From positions 240,001 to 272,000 of the forward strand of contig BAAFHK010000002.1 in NCBI GenBank assembly GCA_042852035.1: 32,000 nucleotides of DNA, in the 5' to 3' direction. Of this stretch, positions 31,500 to 32,000 are shown one piece after another. Positions within the stretch are counted from its first letter, which is position 1. Each line of letters starts with the position of its first letter. Position numbers and translations under genes: made by a program. Origin of the DNA: Candidatus Saccharimonadota bacterium (lineage in GTDB: Bacteria; Patescibacteriota; Gracilibacteria; BD1-5; UBA2023). The notes below the pieces were generated by a model, which worked only from the letters and a program-made list of their open reading frames with translations, did no database searches and was not told the DNA's origin.

Positions 31500-32000
31500 T
31501 TATTCAAAGAATGAATCAACTACTTTTCTGTAGGCAAGACGATTTTTTATATCTTCGTAGTAAGTGTCACCTGGAACAAGTTTTGCACGAAGTCTATCAA
31601 TAACTTCATTTGATCCGTATTGAGAAATAACCTTTTCAACTTCTTCTTTGATTTCATTTTCTGATGGCTCGATCGCTTTAAGTTCACGAATTTTTCTAAG
31701 AAGAAGTTCTGCCTTTACTCTTCGGAGAGCTTCAGGTTTTACTACCTCATCCTTGTACATTTCTGCTGACTTCTTGAGGTGATCAAGGTATTGCTTCATC
31801 TCATACCCTTGCTGCATGAGGTTTTCAGATTGTTCTCGATATACTTGTTCAATTTCAGCAGAAAGAAGAGAAGGTCCTACTTCAAACTCTGAAGCTTCAA
31901 GAATCTCCTTCATAAGAAGATCTTCATCCTTTGCTCGTGCATCGTATTCATGTTTAGCTCGAATCTCTTTTGAAAGGATTTCACGAAAGCCAGTAAGATC
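31500..32000 (-). CDS. tig: Trigger factor, C-terminal domain; the 5' end lies outside the window
   Basis: A trigger-factor C-domain-like sequence is present: EVGPSLLSAEIEQVYREQ...KAELLLRKI. The frame stays open to the window edge. TAA at 31500-31502. Confidence 0.75.
   Translation of the reverse strand, partial: DLTGFREILSKEIRAKHEYDARAKDEDLLMKEILEASEFEVGPSLLSAEIEQVYREQSENLMQQGYEMKQYLDHLKKSAEMYKDEVVKPEALRRVKAELLLRKIRELKAIEPSENEIKEEVEKVISQYGSNEVIDRLRAKLVPGDTYYEDIKNRLAYRKVVDSFFE

Noticed and set aside
1-32000. Reading the window as a heavily pseudogenised or low-quality sequence, because standard-code ORFs are short and fragmented
   Set aside because: All the interruptions are TGA, never TAA or TAG. 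They fall on conserved Gly positions, and no frameshifts are needed to join the fragments. Recoding explains everything.
1-32000. UGA=Trp (code 4) or selenocysteine as the explanation for in-frame TGA
   Set aside because: The TGA positions match invariant Gly in P-loops and other motifs, while conserved Trp is TGG. There are far too many TGA per gene for Sec (14 in one gene), and they are not at Cys/Sec active-site positions.
1-32000. CRISPR arrays, tRNA or rRNA genes, and transposases or integrases
   Set aside because: I saw no regularly spaced direct repeats, no tRNA T-arm (GGTTCGAATCC-like) context in the intergenic regions, no rRNA-like segments, and no recombinase-like ORFs in any frame under code 25.

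Overview
Under the standard code this window looks like a field of broken genes. The longest tracked ORF is 233 aa, and it is an antisense shadow of secA. Reading TGA as a sense codon joins the fragments into about 33 tightly packed, full-length genes that all end in TAA or TAG. In-frame TGA falls again and again on invariant glycines: GGKGANL in a PEP-utilising enzyme, GPPGSGKST in AroK, GYTNAGKS in HflX, GVGLAAPQVG in Def, CPCGSGKK in SecA, and NxG(L/T)FxYP in TrpRS. Tryptophan is still encoded by TGG. I therefore read the window with genetic code 25 (UGA=Gly). This points to a low-GC Gracilibacteria or Absconditabacteria (SR1)-type Patescibacteria/CPR genome. Content from left to right: a K/A/P-rich histone-H1-like protein (partial), an arylsulfotransferase-family protein, and an isolated hisIE plus divergent hisG operon bracketed by hairpin/T-tract modules. 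Next come a 739-aa PpsA/rifampicin-phosphotransferase-like enzyme with a low-molecular-weight phosphatase, trpS carrying an AT-rich insertion, and a mini-antitoxin/Doc/GNAT module. These are followed by an M48 protease, mntP, a phosphodiester glycosidase lipoprotein, gpsA, hflX, a type IV pilin-like gene, an LPXTG surface protein, ftsW, a ferredoxin and an O-antigen-ligase-like protein. After that come an apparently circularly permuted GT-B glycosyltransferase, dus, a GT-B C-domain-only protein, def and an N-terminally short murE. A 386-nt non-coding gap marks the switch from mostly + strand to all - strand genes. Beyond it lie aroK-aroG, an AI-2E transporter, a secreted hypothetical, truB, lepB, secA and tig (partial). 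I recognised no rRNA, tRNA, CRISPR array or transposase. The main leads are the recoding itself, the two orphan pathway fragments (hisG/hisIE and aroG/aroK), the kinase-phosphatase pair, the permuted glycosyltransferase, hairpin+U-tract elements that sit directly against start codons, and the long convergent gap.
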